Assembly (NCBI RefSeq): GCF_006345805.1
Contig: NC_043000.1
Coordinates: forward strand, 17,732,001-17,796,000
Direction: 5' to 3'
Length of the DNA stretch: 64,000 nucleotides
DNA from: Octopus sinensis
Taxonomy: Eukaryota
In this document: piece by piece, positions 49,875 through 62,959 of the stretch
How positions within the stretch are numbered: position 1 is the first letter of the stretch
Layout: each line of letters starts with the position of its first letter
Notes under the pieces: generated by a model
The model's database searches: none
Seen by the model: only the letters and a program-made list of their open reading frames with translations
Told to the model about the DNA's origin: nothing
Made by a program: the position numbers and the translations under genes

Positions 49875-50740
49875 AGGTGCGGGAGTGGCTGTGTGGTAAG
49901 TAGCTTGTCTACCAACCACATGGTTCTGGGTTCAGTCCCACTGCGTAGCACCTTGGGCAAGTGTCTTCTACTATAGCCTCGGGCCGACCAAAGCCTTGTG
50001 AGTGGATTTGGTAGACGGAAACTGAAAGAAGCCTGTCGTATATTATATATATATATATATGCGTGTGTGTGTTTGTGTGTCTGTATTTGTCCCCCTAGCA
50101 TTGCTTGACAACCAATGCTGGTGTGTTTATGTCCCCGTTACTTAGCGGTTCGGCAAAAGAGACCGATAAAATAAGTACTGGGCTTACAAAAGAATAAGTC
50201 CCGGGGTCGAGTTGCTTGATTAGAGGCGGTGCTCCAGCGTGGCCGCAGTCAAGTGGCTGAAACAAGTAAAAGAGTAAAAGAGTAAAGAGTATACACACAC
50301 ACTCATATATTATACTTACTTACTTTACTTTTACTTGTTTCAGTCATTTGACTGTGGCCCTGCTGGAGCACCGCCTTTAGTCGAGCAAATCGACCCCGGG
50401 ACTTATTCTTTGTAAGCCCAGTACTTATTCTATCGGTCTCTTTTTGCCGAGCCGCTAAGTGACGGGGACGTAAACACACCAGCATCTGTTGTCAAGCAAT
50501 GCTAGGGGGACAAACACAGACACACAAACACACACACATACATATATATATTATATATATATATATACATACATACGACAGGCTTCTTTCACTTTCCGTC
50601 TACCAAATCCACTCACAAGGCTTTGGTTGGCTCGGGGCTATAGCAGAAGACATTTGCCCAAGATGCCATGCAGTGGGACTGAACCCGGAACCATGTAGTT
50701 CATAAGCAAGCTACTTACCACACAGCCACTCCTGCGCCTA
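49875..50740. mobile_element. Two SINE-A copies tail-to-tail (49875-50290 +, 50315-50740 -)
   Basis: Both near full length, ~25 bp apart, opposite orientation. Confidence 0.9.
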
Positions 50741-50974
50741 TATTTTATATGTATATATTACACATGCCACAGATACATACATACACACATACATGCACGT
50801 GTGTGTGTGTGTGTGTGTGTGAGTGATATCTCCAACCAGTTCCTAGGCAGATTAAAATTTATGAACAACAAAACATTCCTGATCTGTCTTGTTAAGTGTT
50901 TACCCTAACCACAATGATATACAACAATCAGACATCTGCAGCCCAAGACTGAAGAGCAACAGCCACATGCCAAG

Positions 50975-51035
<61 letters not shown>

Positions 51036-51037
<2 letters not shown>

Positions 51038-51475
51038 TGTGTACAGTGCTCAGGTGCACTACAACTCATCTAAAGTCTATATATAATCAGGTGTAGTTTT
51101 GGCGGATTTCGGAAAGCATGAGGGCCTTAAAGGATGCAGTGTCGTGGCAGTCAACAACTGACGCAGGCAGTTTGTTCCATGCTTCAGCAACTCTGAGCAT
51201 GAAAAAATGTTTCCGAAAGTCATGGGAGCTGTGTTGTTTTCTGACTTTGTAGGCATGGCCACGTGTGTTAGACACATGGAGATCAAAAAGGTGTTCAGTG
51301 TTGTTGTTGGTGAGGTGGTTGATAACTTTGTGGGTGTTTACCAAGTCCATCGCCAGACGCCGGAGCTTCAGTGAATCCATGCCCAGGGAGACAAGGCGCT
51401 CAGAATATGGTAGGTGTCTGATGGAGGGTATGCGTTTGGTTGCACGTCTCTGGACAGATTCCAGGAGGTCAAATT
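51036..51475 (-). mobile_element. CR1-clade LINE 3' end (second family)
   Basis: LESVQRRATKRIP...YSERL...LRRLAMDL...TRGHAYKVRK...RKHFFMLRVAEAWNKLP; (TTA)n tail. Confidence 0.9.
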
Positions 51476-51771
51476 TACAGTTTCAAGATGAGAGAAATCA
51501 ATAGGTTACTAAACAAGTTGTGAAATCTAATCAGTACTTCACATCTTGTCGTTTGCTCTGTTCTATGTGCCATGATGATGCTGTAAGTAGGCATCAAAGT
51601 AATGGAACGTTTCACTGCTTTTTGCTGTAGCATTACTGTAAAATTTGAAGACTGTTAATTGCGTTAATCACTCTAAATTACCTGGGCACATTTGGCAACT
51701 ATATAGGTGCAGGAGTGCAACTATATAAGTGCAACTATATAACTATATAACTATATAGGTGCAACTATATA

Positions 51772-52420
51772 AGGCGGCGAGCTGGCAGAAACGTTAGCAC
51801 GCCGGGCGAGATGCGTGGCCGTATTTAGTCTGCCGTTACGTTCTGAGTTCAAATTCTGCCGAGGTCGACTTTGCCTTTCATCCTTTCGGGGTCGATAAAT
51901 TAAGTACCAGTTGCGCACTGGGGGTCGATGTAATCGACTTAATCCCTTTGTCTGTCCTTGTTTGTTCTCTCTGTGTTTAGCCTCTTGTGGGTAGTAAAGA
52001 AATATATATAGGTGCAGGAGTGGCCATGTGGTAAGTAGTTTGCTTACCAGCCGCATGGTTCCCGGTTCAGTCCTGCTGTGTGGCACCTTGGGCAAGTCTC
52101 TTCTACTATAGCCTCGAGCTGACCAAAGCCTTGTGAGTAGATTTGGTAGATAGAAACTGAAAGAAGCTTGTCATATATATATGTATGTATGTGTATGTAT
52201 ATGTTTGTGTGTCTGTGTTTGTCCCCCCAAAATCGCTTGACAACCGATGCTGGTGTGCTTACGTTCCCATAACTTAGCGGCTCAGCAAAAGAGACCAATA
52301 GAATAAGTACTAGGATTACAAAGAATAAGTCCTGGAGTTGATTTGCTCGACTAAAGACAGTGCTCCAGCATGGCCACAGTCAAATGACTGAAACAAGTAA
52401 AAGAGTAAAAGAGAGAGTAA
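51772..52420 (+). mobile_element. Full-length SINE-B (51772-52003) followed by SINE-A (52008-52420)
   Basis: Consensus matches. Confidence 0.9.
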
Positions 52421-52446
52421 AGAGTGTATATATATATATATATATA

Positions 52447-52752
52447 CTATGGCAATCCCCCAAGGTCGAGGATGATGGTCTTCGCGCAAATTTATTGGTG
52501 AGTCCGCAGGTGACTGATAAGACCAATTCTTGCTCGAAAAGATCAGTCACAGTGTGGACATCTAGTGCCGGAAGGGAGAGTCGCATGTGGTTGTTGTTGG
52601 CGCTCCTTCCGTCGTCGTCTTTTCTCCTCCAGCTCTGCAGACCTTTTCGACTCGAAATTCGCCGTTCCCTCATGGATGGTGGTTTTCCAGAGTGGTCTGT
52701 TTTTTGCCGTTTCCTCCCAGTTGGTGAAGTCAATGTCACACTTTTTGAGGTT
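52447..52752 (-). mobile_element. RTE (BovB-like) LINE 3' end
   Basis: NLKKCDIDFTNWEETAKNRPLWKTTIHEG...RCPHCD*SFRARIGLISHLRTHQ*. Confidence 0.9.
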
Positions 52753-53848
52753 ATATATATGCATGTGCGTGTATATATTTGTGCGTCTGTATTTGTCCCC
52801 CCAACATTGTTTGACAACTGATGCTGGTTTCTTTTCGTCTCTGTATCTTAGTGGTTCAGCAAAGGGTGCCAATTCAATAAATACTAAGCTTACAAAGGAT
52901 AAATTCCTGAGGTTGATTTGGTCAACTAAATGCAGTGCTCCAGCACGACTGCAGTCAAATGACTGAAACGAGTAAAAGAATATATGAATGTATAGGCGCA
53001 GGTTTGGGTGTGTGGTAAGAAGATTGCTTCTGAACTACATAGTTCCAGGTTCAGTTCCACTGCATGGAACCTTGGGCAAGTGTCTTCCACTGCAGCCTTG
53101 AGCCAACCAAAACCTTGTGAGTGGATTTGGTTGACAGAAACTGAATGAAACGTGTAGTATAGAAGTGTGTGTGTGTGTGTGTGTGTGTGTGTATCTCTAT
53201 ATCTGTCATTGTCTCTCACTGCTGCTTGACAACTGGTGTTACTGTGTTTATGAGACTGATAGAATAAGTAGAAGGTTTTAAAAAAACAAAAAAAAAGTTC
53301 TAGGACTGATTCATTTGACGAAAAATTCTTTGAGGCATTGCCCTAGTATGGCCACAGTCTAATGACTGAAACAAGTAAAAGGTAAAAGGTGTGTGTGTAT
53401 GTGTGTGTGTGCATGTGTGCATGTGTGATTATTGAGAGAGACAGAAGATGGAAGATACAAGAATCTTACTCACTACAATTGTTTCAACCCATCTAGCATT
53501 AATCACATATCCTACAAACACTGAGCAAAACTACCGGGTATATAGCATACAATTAATTTAATTAATTAATTAAGAATAATAATAATAATAATAATATATG
53601 TCGTTAAAAGCACAAAATAGGAGTAATAAACAGTCTAACAACTAATGATGAGTTATCTTCCTTTGGTATTTTGTCCTGAACTTTTCTCTTGTTTGTTTAC
53701 ATATTTCTTAGTCGTTGGTGATGTCTTGTACTAATCTCTCGTATGTTTTTGTATTTTTCACTTGGTGATGTCCTGTACACAATGTGTATTTTTCATTTGA
53801 TTTATATATTTATTTATATATATATATATACACACATATATATTATAT

Positions 53849-53887
<39 letters not shown>

Positions 53888-53892
<5 letters not shown>

Positions 53893-54052
53893 CGCAGGAG
53901 TGGCTGCGTGGTAAGTAGCTTGCTAACCAACCTCATGGTTCCGGGTTCAGTCCCACTGCGTGGCACCTTGGGCAAGTGTCTTCTGCTATAGCCCCGGGCC
54001 AACCAATGCCTTGTGAGTGGATTTGGTAGACGGAAACTGAAAGAAGCCTGTC

Positions 54053-54092
<40 letters not shown>

Positions 54093-54882
54093 TTGTGTGT
54101 CTGTGTTTGTCCCCCTAGCATTGCTTGACAACAGATGGTGGTGTGTTTACGTCCCCGTCAATTAGCGGTTCGGCAAAAAGAGACTGATAGAATAAGTACT
54201 GGGCTTACAAAGAATAAGTCCCGGGGTCGATTTGTTCGACTAAAGGTGGTGCTCCAGCATGGCCACAGTCAAATGACTGAAACAAGTAAAAGAGTAAAAG
54301 AGTTAAGAGTAAAGAGCATATATATATATATATAAAATTTTTTAATGGCGGTGCCCCAGTATGGCCACAGCGTCCGCTTTCCATGCTGGCATGGGTTGGA
54401 CGGCTCAACTGTGGTCTGGGAAGCCAGAAGGCTGCACCAGGCCCAGTTTGATCTGGCAATGATTCTACGGCTGGATGCCCTTCCTAACGCCAACCACTCC
54501 ATGAGTGTAGTGGGTGCTTTTTACGTGCCACCCGCACAGGTGCCAGACGAGTCTGGCAAACGGCCACGATCGGATGGTGCTTTTTACGTGCCACCAGCAC
54601 ATGGGCCAGGCAAGGCTGGCAACGGCCACGAACGGATGGTGCTTTTTACATGCCACCGGCACGGGGGCCAGGCGAGGCTGGCAATGGCCTCAAACGGATG
54701 GTGCTTTTTACATGCCACCGGCACAAGGCCAGTCGGGGCAGCGCTGGCAACGGCCATTAACGGATGGTGCTTTTTACGTGCCACCGGCATGATGATGATT
54801 TTTATATATTTTATATTTTATCTAGTTTCAGCTTACAAGCTGTGGACATGCTGGGGCACCGCCATTAAAAAATTTTATATAT

Positions 54883-54925
<43 letters not shown>

Positions 54926-55085
54926 CGCAGGAGTGGCTGCGTGGTAAGTAGCTTGCTAACCAACCTCATGGTTCCGGGTTCAGTCCCACTGCGTGGCACC
55001 TTGGGCAAGTGTCTTCTGCTATAGCCCCGGGCCAACCAATGCCTTGTGAGTGGATTTGGTAGACGGAAACTGAAAGAAGCCTGTC

Positions 55086-55123
<38 letters not shown>

Positions 55124-55910
55124 TTGTGTGTCTGTGTTTGTCCCCCTAGCATTGCTTGACAACAGATGGTGGTGTGTTTACGTCCTCGTCAATTAGCGGT
55201 TCGGCAAAAAGAGACTGATAGAATAAGTACTGGGCTTACAAAGAATAAGTCCCGGGGTCGATTTGTTCGACTAAAGGTGGTGCTCCAGCATGGCCACAGT
55301 CAAATGACTGAAACAAGTAAAAGAGTAAAAGAGTTAAGAGTAAAGAGCATATATATATATATATAAAATTTTTTAATGGCGGTGCCCCAGTATGGCCACA
55401 GCGTCCGCTTTCCATGCTAGCATGGGTTGGACGGTTCAACTGGGGTCTGGGAAGCCAGAAGGCTGCACCAGGCCCAGTTTGATCTGGCAATGATTCTACG
55501 GCTGGATGCCCTTCCTAACGCCAACCACTCCATGAGTGTAGTGGGTGCTTTTTACGTGCCACCCGCACAGGTGCCAGACGAGTCTGGCAAACGGCCACGA
55601 TCGGATGGTGCTTTTTACGTGCCACCAGCACATGGGCCAGGCAGGCTGGCAACGGCCACGAACGGATGGTGCTTTTTACATGCCACCGGCACGGGGGCCA
55701 GGCGAGGCTGGCAATGGCCTCAAACGGATGGTGCTTTTTACATGCCACCGGCACAAGGCCAGTCGGGGCAGCGCTGGCAACGGCCATTAACGGATGGTGC
55801 TTTTTACGTGCCACCGGCATGATGATGATTTTTATATATTTTATATTTTATCTAGTTTCAGCTTACAAGCTGTGGACATGCTGGGGCACCGCCATTAAAA
55901 AATTTTATAT
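53888..55910. repeat. ~1.03-kb tandem duplication of [SINE-A + inverted-repeat-flanked family D]
   Basis: ORF offsets of 1031 bp; a handful of substitutions and indels between units. Confidence 0.9.
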
Positions 55911-56264
55911 ATATATATATAATATGTATTTTTCTACATATAATAAAATATATATATACAGAGGAAGAGAGAGAGTGTCACCACTATGTGCTTGTGTGTA
56001 TCCTCATCTTGACATTACATGGTGGTTGTAAATGAGTATCACGGTCATACAAGCAGTGTCGTTCATTTCCAGTCTTCCATGAAAAACATGTATGACCATG
56101 GGGAAATATTTCTGTGCTTGGAAATCAGCAAGCATTGACACAGGAAGAGCACCTAACCATAAAAAATTATTTAGATATATTTAATCCATGCAAGTATGGA
56201 AGAGTATTTGTTAAAACGATGATGATGATGATGAGGAGGAGGAGGGGGAGGATATATTCATACA

Positions 56265-56690
56265 TATACTCTTTACTCTTTTATTTGTTTCAGTCATTTG
56301 ACTGGGGCCATGCTGGAGCACCGCCTTTAGTCGAGCAACTCAACCCCAGGACTTATTCTTTGTAAGCCCAGTACTTTATTCTATCAGTCTCTTTTGCCGA
56401 ACCGCTAGGTTACGGGGACGTAAACACACCAGCATTGGTTGTCAAGCAATGTTGTGTGTGTGTGTGTGGGGGGGGGGCAAACACAGACACACAAACACAC
56501 ACACACATATATATATACATATATACGACGGGCTTCTTTCAGTTTCTGTCTACCAAATCCACTCACAAGGCTTTGGTCGGTTCGAGGCTATAGTAGAAGA
56601 CACTTGCCCAAGGTACCATGCTGTGGGACTGAACCCAGAACCATGTGGCTGGTAAGCAAGCTACTTACCACACAGCCACTCATATGCCTA
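56265..56690 (-). mobile_element. SINE family A
   Basis: Consensus match. Confidence 0.85.
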
Positions 56691-57160
56691 TATATATATA
56701 TATACATACATAAATATGCACACACACACACATATATAAATGCGTGCATGTGCACACACACACACACAGGATAATGTATAAAAAGACCCATCTATTGCTA
56801 AAATTTAGCAAAGGAATGAAATAAAGTAATTGTTTTAAGTAGGTATATATGTTGCTATATTTGCTTGATGGTTTATTTATTGATGTTAAATGAAATAGAT
56901 ACTGGGCAAATTAGAACTTTAATCATTAAATATACAATCTGTATGTATTATAAAGTACAAATTACTGAGACAGCAAGTTATCTAGAAAATGGGGTCTAGT
57001 TTTACATACACAAAAAAAAAAAAAGAAAAGGAAAAACAGAAAAATATCACCCACAGACATTTCTGCAATTTTTGATTTCATGCTCATCGGCATAAAAGTC
57101 TTGGGTATCTCTCACTTGATAGCATTCAGCATAAACTAGTTTTTACTATTTTTAACTTAC

Positions 57161-57217
57161 TGATTGTGTGTTTGCAACAGACATGAGTGAATGAAAGAGT
57201 TAAAACGATATTTTAAG
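57161..57217 (-). CDS. Candidate 57-nt internal exon (xLKYRFNSFIHSCLLQTHNx)
   Basis: Acceptor cacattttttctcAG, donor GTAAGT; single open frame; unique sequence. Confidence 0.45.
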
Positions 57218-57444
57218 CTGAGAAAAAATGTGAGCGTGCAGATATGTGCAATGAATATTTACACAAGTTATGGAAATAGCAAAACAGATACATTTAACAT
57301 GACTTTCTACAAGTACAGCATGAACTTGAATTCATAACAAGAGGAGTATATGGCGTGTCTGTAGTTCTGATTCTAAGAGGTTGTTTGTTGCAAATGCTTC
57401 ATTCAAAGGTTTTATAAGGAAGTTGAAATTTAAGATTAAAAAGA

Positions 57445-57930
57445 AAACCATCCGTTCGTGACCGTTGCCAGCGCCGCCCCGACTGGCCTCGTGCCGGTGG
57501 CACGTAAAAAGCACCATCCATTCGTGTCTGTCGCCAGCCTCGCCTGGCCCCCGTGCCGGTGGCACTTAAAAGCACCATCCGCTCGTGTCCGTTGCCAGCC
57601 TCGCCTGGCCCCCGTGCCGGTGGCATGTAAAAGCACCATCCGTTCGTGTCCGTTCCCAGCCTCGCCTGGCCCCCGTGCCGGTGGCACATAAAAGCACCAT
57701 CCATTCGTGGCTGTTTGCCAGCTCCGTCTGGCACCTGTGCGGGTGGCACGTAAAAAGCACCCACTACACTCACGGAGTGGTTGGCGTTAGGAAGGGCATC
57801 CAGCCGTAGAAACACTGCCAGATCAGACTGGGCCTAGTGCAGCCATCTGGCTTCCCAGACCCCAGTTGAACCATCCAACCCATGCTAGCATGGAAAGCGG
57901 ACGCTAAATGATGATGATGATGATGATGAT
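57445..57930 (+). mobile_element. Family D copy with five ~58-60-bp tandem units
   Basis: Repeated GTGCCGGTGGCAC(A/G)TAAAAGCACCATCC...GCCAGCCTCGCCTGGCCCC. Confidence 0.9.
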
Positions 57931-57949
57931 CCCTTTATTAAATTTTTGA

Positions 57950-60180
57950 TTGTTCAAACCTAGAGGATTGCAGATATTTGTCGGTGCTTCTGGTAGCTTT
58001 GAAAATTTATGGAGGAAAACATGCTGTGTGTTTTACAATTTCACAACTGTTAGAAAATCATTCACTGACACTTGTGGGGATTTGGTCAATCAAGCATTGA
58101 AACACTTCTATCATGTAGCAATCCATTGGAACATCTAGTTTTACATTCTTGCTGATTCATCAGTCAATAGTTTCTTTCCTTCCTTAGGTTCTTTTTTTTT
58201 CTTCTTTATTCAAATTCTCCACTCTAATGCAAAACTTCTTTTTACATCATCAAACATCAGATTTGCTGCTTCAATGAAATTTCTTGTTTAATGATGTCAT
58301 TCTTTTCAAAATTCATATTTTTTCATGCTGGCATGGGTTGCACGGTTCGACCAGGGTCTGGGAAGCCAGGAGGCTGCACCAGGCTCCAGTCTAATCTAGT
58401 AGTGTTTCTACAACTGGATGCCCTTCCTAACGCCAACCACTCCAAGAGTGTAATGGGTGCTTTTTACATGCCACCAGCACAGGGGCCAGAGGAGGCTGGC
58501 AACGTCCACGATCGGTTGGTGCTTTTTATGTGCCACCGGCACGGACGCCAGTCAAGGCAGTGCAGGCATCGACCACATTCAGATGGTGTTTTTTTACGTA
58601 CCACCGGCACGGGTATCACAGCCACAATTTCCACTTGATTTTTATTTTGATGTTGATGTACTTGACTCAATAGGTCTCCTAAACATTATTTTGGTATCAA
58701 ATTTAAAACTTGCCAATCTGACGTAAGACAAACCAGGCCATGGTGATTCAAAACTGCCAAATATTTTAGGCATTTTTGAAGACCCCATCACTGGGTTCCT
58801 CCAATCTTCTGCAAATGCTTCATTTTGGACAATCCAAGAACCTATTCTGATGCAATTCCAGTCCAGATGTTAATTTTCTTGTCTGGTTAAAAAAGAATGC
58901 AAACCCTATTAAAATTTTGACCAACAGAATATTTTGAACCAGATTTATTGTTGTCAAATTAAAAATATGAGTACAACACCAAATGTAAACAGACTGTGAA
59001 GTTCAATTCTTATATATTTCTTCATGCCACTGTATTCACCTTTCTTGTTAGCGGCTCCATCAAACAACAAACCTGTAATGTTTTCTAATTTTAATTTACT
59101 ACAGTCCAGCACAGATTCCAATTTAGGGTATGCTCCATATCCAATAAAATCTGTAATTTTATCCAGCACAAAGAAATAGACTTTTACTTCATCCATAATA
59201 TTAAATAATAGATTTCTGGTCACTCATTGCTTAGGCTTAAGTATTAGTCATAGGTGCAAAGTATTTGTGATTGCCAATTTCATTGATATTGTGTGACTTA
59301 ATAAATGACTTGGATGACTAGCAATATATTTGTTCACAGTTGTTTTGAATAATATTGATACTGAATTTCCATATGATTTTGATGTTTTTTTCATTTTTAC
59401 TGTACTTTTCTGTCTCATCCCTTACATCTCATAAGTGATTAGTTAAAAGGATATCAAATTGGAATAGAAGCAATATTGTTTCTAAAGTCACCATGATTAA
59501 TGACTTGGTTCTCATCATTAAGACTTGATTCATTGCAATATCTTCTGTGTGGATCTGCTTTGATCACAGCTATTATGCATGTCAGTGGAGGCACATGGCC
59601 TAGTGGTTAGAGCAGCAGACTCGTAGTCGAGGGATCGCGGGTTCGGATCTCAGACCAGGCGATGTGTGTGTTTATGAGCGAAATACCTAAGCTCCACGCG
59701 GCTCCGGCAGAAGGTACTGGCGAACTTCTGCTGACTCTTTCGCCTCAACTTTCTCTCATTCTTTCTTCCTGCATCTTGCAGCTCACCTGTGACAGACCGG
59801 CGTCCTGTCCAGGTGGGGAACCTATACGCCAAGGAAACCGGGAAACTGGCCCTTATGAGCCAGGCATGGCTTGAGAAGGAACAAAAATTAAAAAAAAGAA
59901 TATGCATGTTAGGATGTCAACGTTTTCCATAACCTGCTTTTATCTCAATTTGACAGCATCATTTGCCACCAAAGATTTCATATTTATTTCCTATTAACAT
60001 TGAAGAGTACTAGGGCTGCTGGATGATGCAATTTTGCCACCTCACATTCTGAACTCTTGAATAAATATAGGAAAACTTTGTTAAGTCAGTTGAAGAGATT
60101 GCTGCTATTTCAGAAAAGGCTTACAACAAACAGCCTAATTTTTAAAATTTTGTTTTCAACTTTTACTGCTCACTAATTTC
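57950..60180 (-). pseudogene. Decayed hAT (ZMYM1-like group) transposase, interrupted by family D (~58320-58620) and SINE-C (59586-59885)
   Basis: LENITGLLFDGAANKKGEYSGMKKYIR then shifted VYIWCCTH (cf. GQCYDGASNMSG...YVHC); YMIEVFQCLIDQI. Confidence 0.7.
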
Positions 60181-60638
60181 AAGAAATGGTGCCCATTTTG
60201 TATCAAGTGGCAGAAATATATTTTTTTTCTAAGCAAATATGTCTACCAAAATATGTACACCATGGAAGAATGGTCTCACTTAAAGGAGACTATCAGATCA
60301 ACCATCATCCCAGTAAGTCAGTTCACTATATACATACATATATACATACACACACACACATATATATAATGAGACATACTTATCTACATGGCCGAAACAG
60401 CTGTAAGATGTAATCTATATTTATATTTATATTTACTTATATTTATATTCTCTTTTATATATATTCTACTTATTATACAACATTACTTTTTTATGTACAC
60501 TTTTTTATGTACACTGATTTGTTCTGCTTTTTATATCTAACCCTACAGTCTCTTATGTGGTAGTTTAATAAAGTATGTGATTGAGTATTATCTGGTAATT
60601 GATATTTGATTTAGATGTATTTCTCCATTTTCTTATCT

Positions 60639-60676
<38 letters not shown>

Positions 60677-60716
60677 TATACATACATTTGTACACACGCA
60701 CACCCCACATACATGT

Positions 60717-61040
60717 AGTGAAGGCGTATAGCTTAGTGGTTAGGGCATTCTGCTCATGATCATAAGGTTGTGAGTTCAATTCCTGGTGATGTGTTGTGTC
60801 CTTGAGCAAGACACTTTATTTCTGTTGCTCCCGTTCACTCAGCTGGCAAAAGTGAGTAGTACCTGTATTTCAAAGGGCCAGCCTTGTCACACTCTGAGTC
60901 ACACTGATTATTCTTGAGAACTACATTAAGGGTACGCATGTCTGTGGAGTGCTCAGCCACTTGCACGTTAATTTCATGAGCAAGCTGTTCTGTTGATCGT
61001 ATCAGCTGGGACCCTTGTCATCGCAACCGACGGAGTGCTC
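60717..61040 (+). mobile_element. SINE family C
   Basis: tRNA-like head; tail CGCAACCGACGGAGTGC. Confidence 0.8.
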
Positions 61041-61699
61041 TTTCACATATTAGTAACACAAAATAGTACCCAGTACACACTGTAAAGTAGTTGGCTTTAG
61101 GAAGAGCATCCAGCTGTAGAAACTATGCCAAAGTAAGTGTTGGAGCTTGACACAGCCCTGTGGATCACCGGATCCTGACAAACAGTCCATCCCATATCAG
61201 CATGGTGATTTGATATTAAATGATGATGATGACATACAGAAAGAAAGAGTGGGAGACAGAGAGAAGGAGAGTAGGAGGGAGTATAATACATGCATATTAC
61301 AAAAATTTTCTCTGACTGAAAAATTTCTAATAGGAAATTCCTTATATGTCTATTTAATTAAAATGTAAATCTTTATAATTCCTATTAGCAAATGAAACAT
61401 GTGTAATGGAGGAAAAATAATACCAAATATTTCTGCTTTCATGTTTCATTATAGAATAACTCTGCAAATGATATTTCCATAATTCTCAATTTTAATATAC
61501 ATTTTGACAGCAACTGTGGATAGATGTTGATTGTAATAATGGAATGAGGGGTGGAGGTCATTTGTGCTGTAGATAATTTTAATTTACTACAGTCCAGCAC
61601 AGATTCCAGTTGAGGGTATGCTCCATATCTGATAAAATCTGTAATTTTATCCAGCACAAAGAAATAGATTTTTACTTCATCCATAATGTTAAATGATGG

Positions 61700-62030
61700 C
61701 TAATAAGCCTAATTCTTGCTCTAAACAGCCTACTGTAAGAATTGCATTGAATTATAGGTGCTGGATGAGGTTGGATGGCGCTGTCCTTCCTATGTTGTCA
61801 TTTTGTTCTGATATCTATTCTGTTGGCTATCATTTCCCAGGAATTTTGGTCTACACCAGTACTCTTCAAAATTTCCTTCAATCGGTCTTTGTAGTATTGC
61901 AGGGTTGCAGGGAGCATCCACAAAGGTGCTTTCCATCGTTCAGTTCCCCAAATAGGAATATCACTGGAAGCATGTTTTTCCCCCATGTGAGCCCTATGGC
62001 CAGCCCATCTGAGACTGTGCTAATTTGATA
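61700..62030 (-). mobile_element. Decayed RTE LINE C-terminal fragment
   Basis: LPVIFLFGELNDGK and YKDRLKEILKSTGVDQNSWEMIA in adjacent frames. Confidence 0.7.
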
Positions 62031-62337
62031 CATATCATCATCATCATCATCATTTAATGTCCATTTTCCATGCTGGCATAAGTTGAATGGTTTGATAGGA
62101 GCTGGCAGTGATGGGATCTACACCAGGCTCCAAAGTCTGTTTTGGCCAGGTCTCTACAGCTGGATGCTTTTTTCTTATGCCAGCCACTTTACAGAGTGTA
62201 CAGCGTACTTTTTATGTGGCACCAGCACCAACAGGATCACCAAGTACCTTGCAAGACAAAAGCCCTTTTACTGGTAGTGGGGAGTAGCATTGAAGGGGTG
62301 TGGCTTTATTTCGGTTGAGAAATTAAAGGTATAGAGG

Positions 62338-62675
62338 GATAGGAGTGGCTGTGTGGTAAGTAGCTTGTTTACCAACCACATGGTTCCGGGTTCAGTCCCA
62401 CTGCGTGGCACCTTGGGCAAGTGTCTTCTACTATAGCCTCGGGCCGACCAAAGCCTTGTGAGTGGATTTGGTAGACGGAAACTGAAAGAAGCCTGTTGTA
62501 TATATGTATATATATATATGTGTGTGTCTGTGTTTGTCCCCCTAGCATTGTTTGACAACTGATGCTGGTGTGTTTACGTCCCCGTCACTTAGCGGTTCGG
62601 CAAAAAGAGACCGATAGAATAAGTACTGGGCTTACAAAAGAATAAGTCCCGGGGTCGAGTTGCTCGATTAAAGGT
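62338..62675 (+). mobile_element. SINE family A, 3'-truncated
   Basis: Consensus match up to CGATTAAAGG. Confidence 0.85.
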
Positions 62676-62959
62676 GTCTTGCAGTAGAGTAGATATATGG
62701 ATACCCTCAGTTGGAAAAGAGAGTGAGTCAGAGATTAAGATAAAGAGAGTGATAGTGAGAGAGATGATGGCAAAGATGTGTCAAAGAACATTGGAGGTGG
62801 TGAGAATAGGTGAGGTGATACAAGGTTTGAACTGGGTGAGTGGGCAGGATTGAGGTGACCATAGTAAATGATGGAGAGAAATACAGAAGATGCCTGGTAT
62901 ATATGTGAGGGTGAAGGTTTCAATGGTGGAGAACAGCACATGAGAGAGAAGGTACAGAA

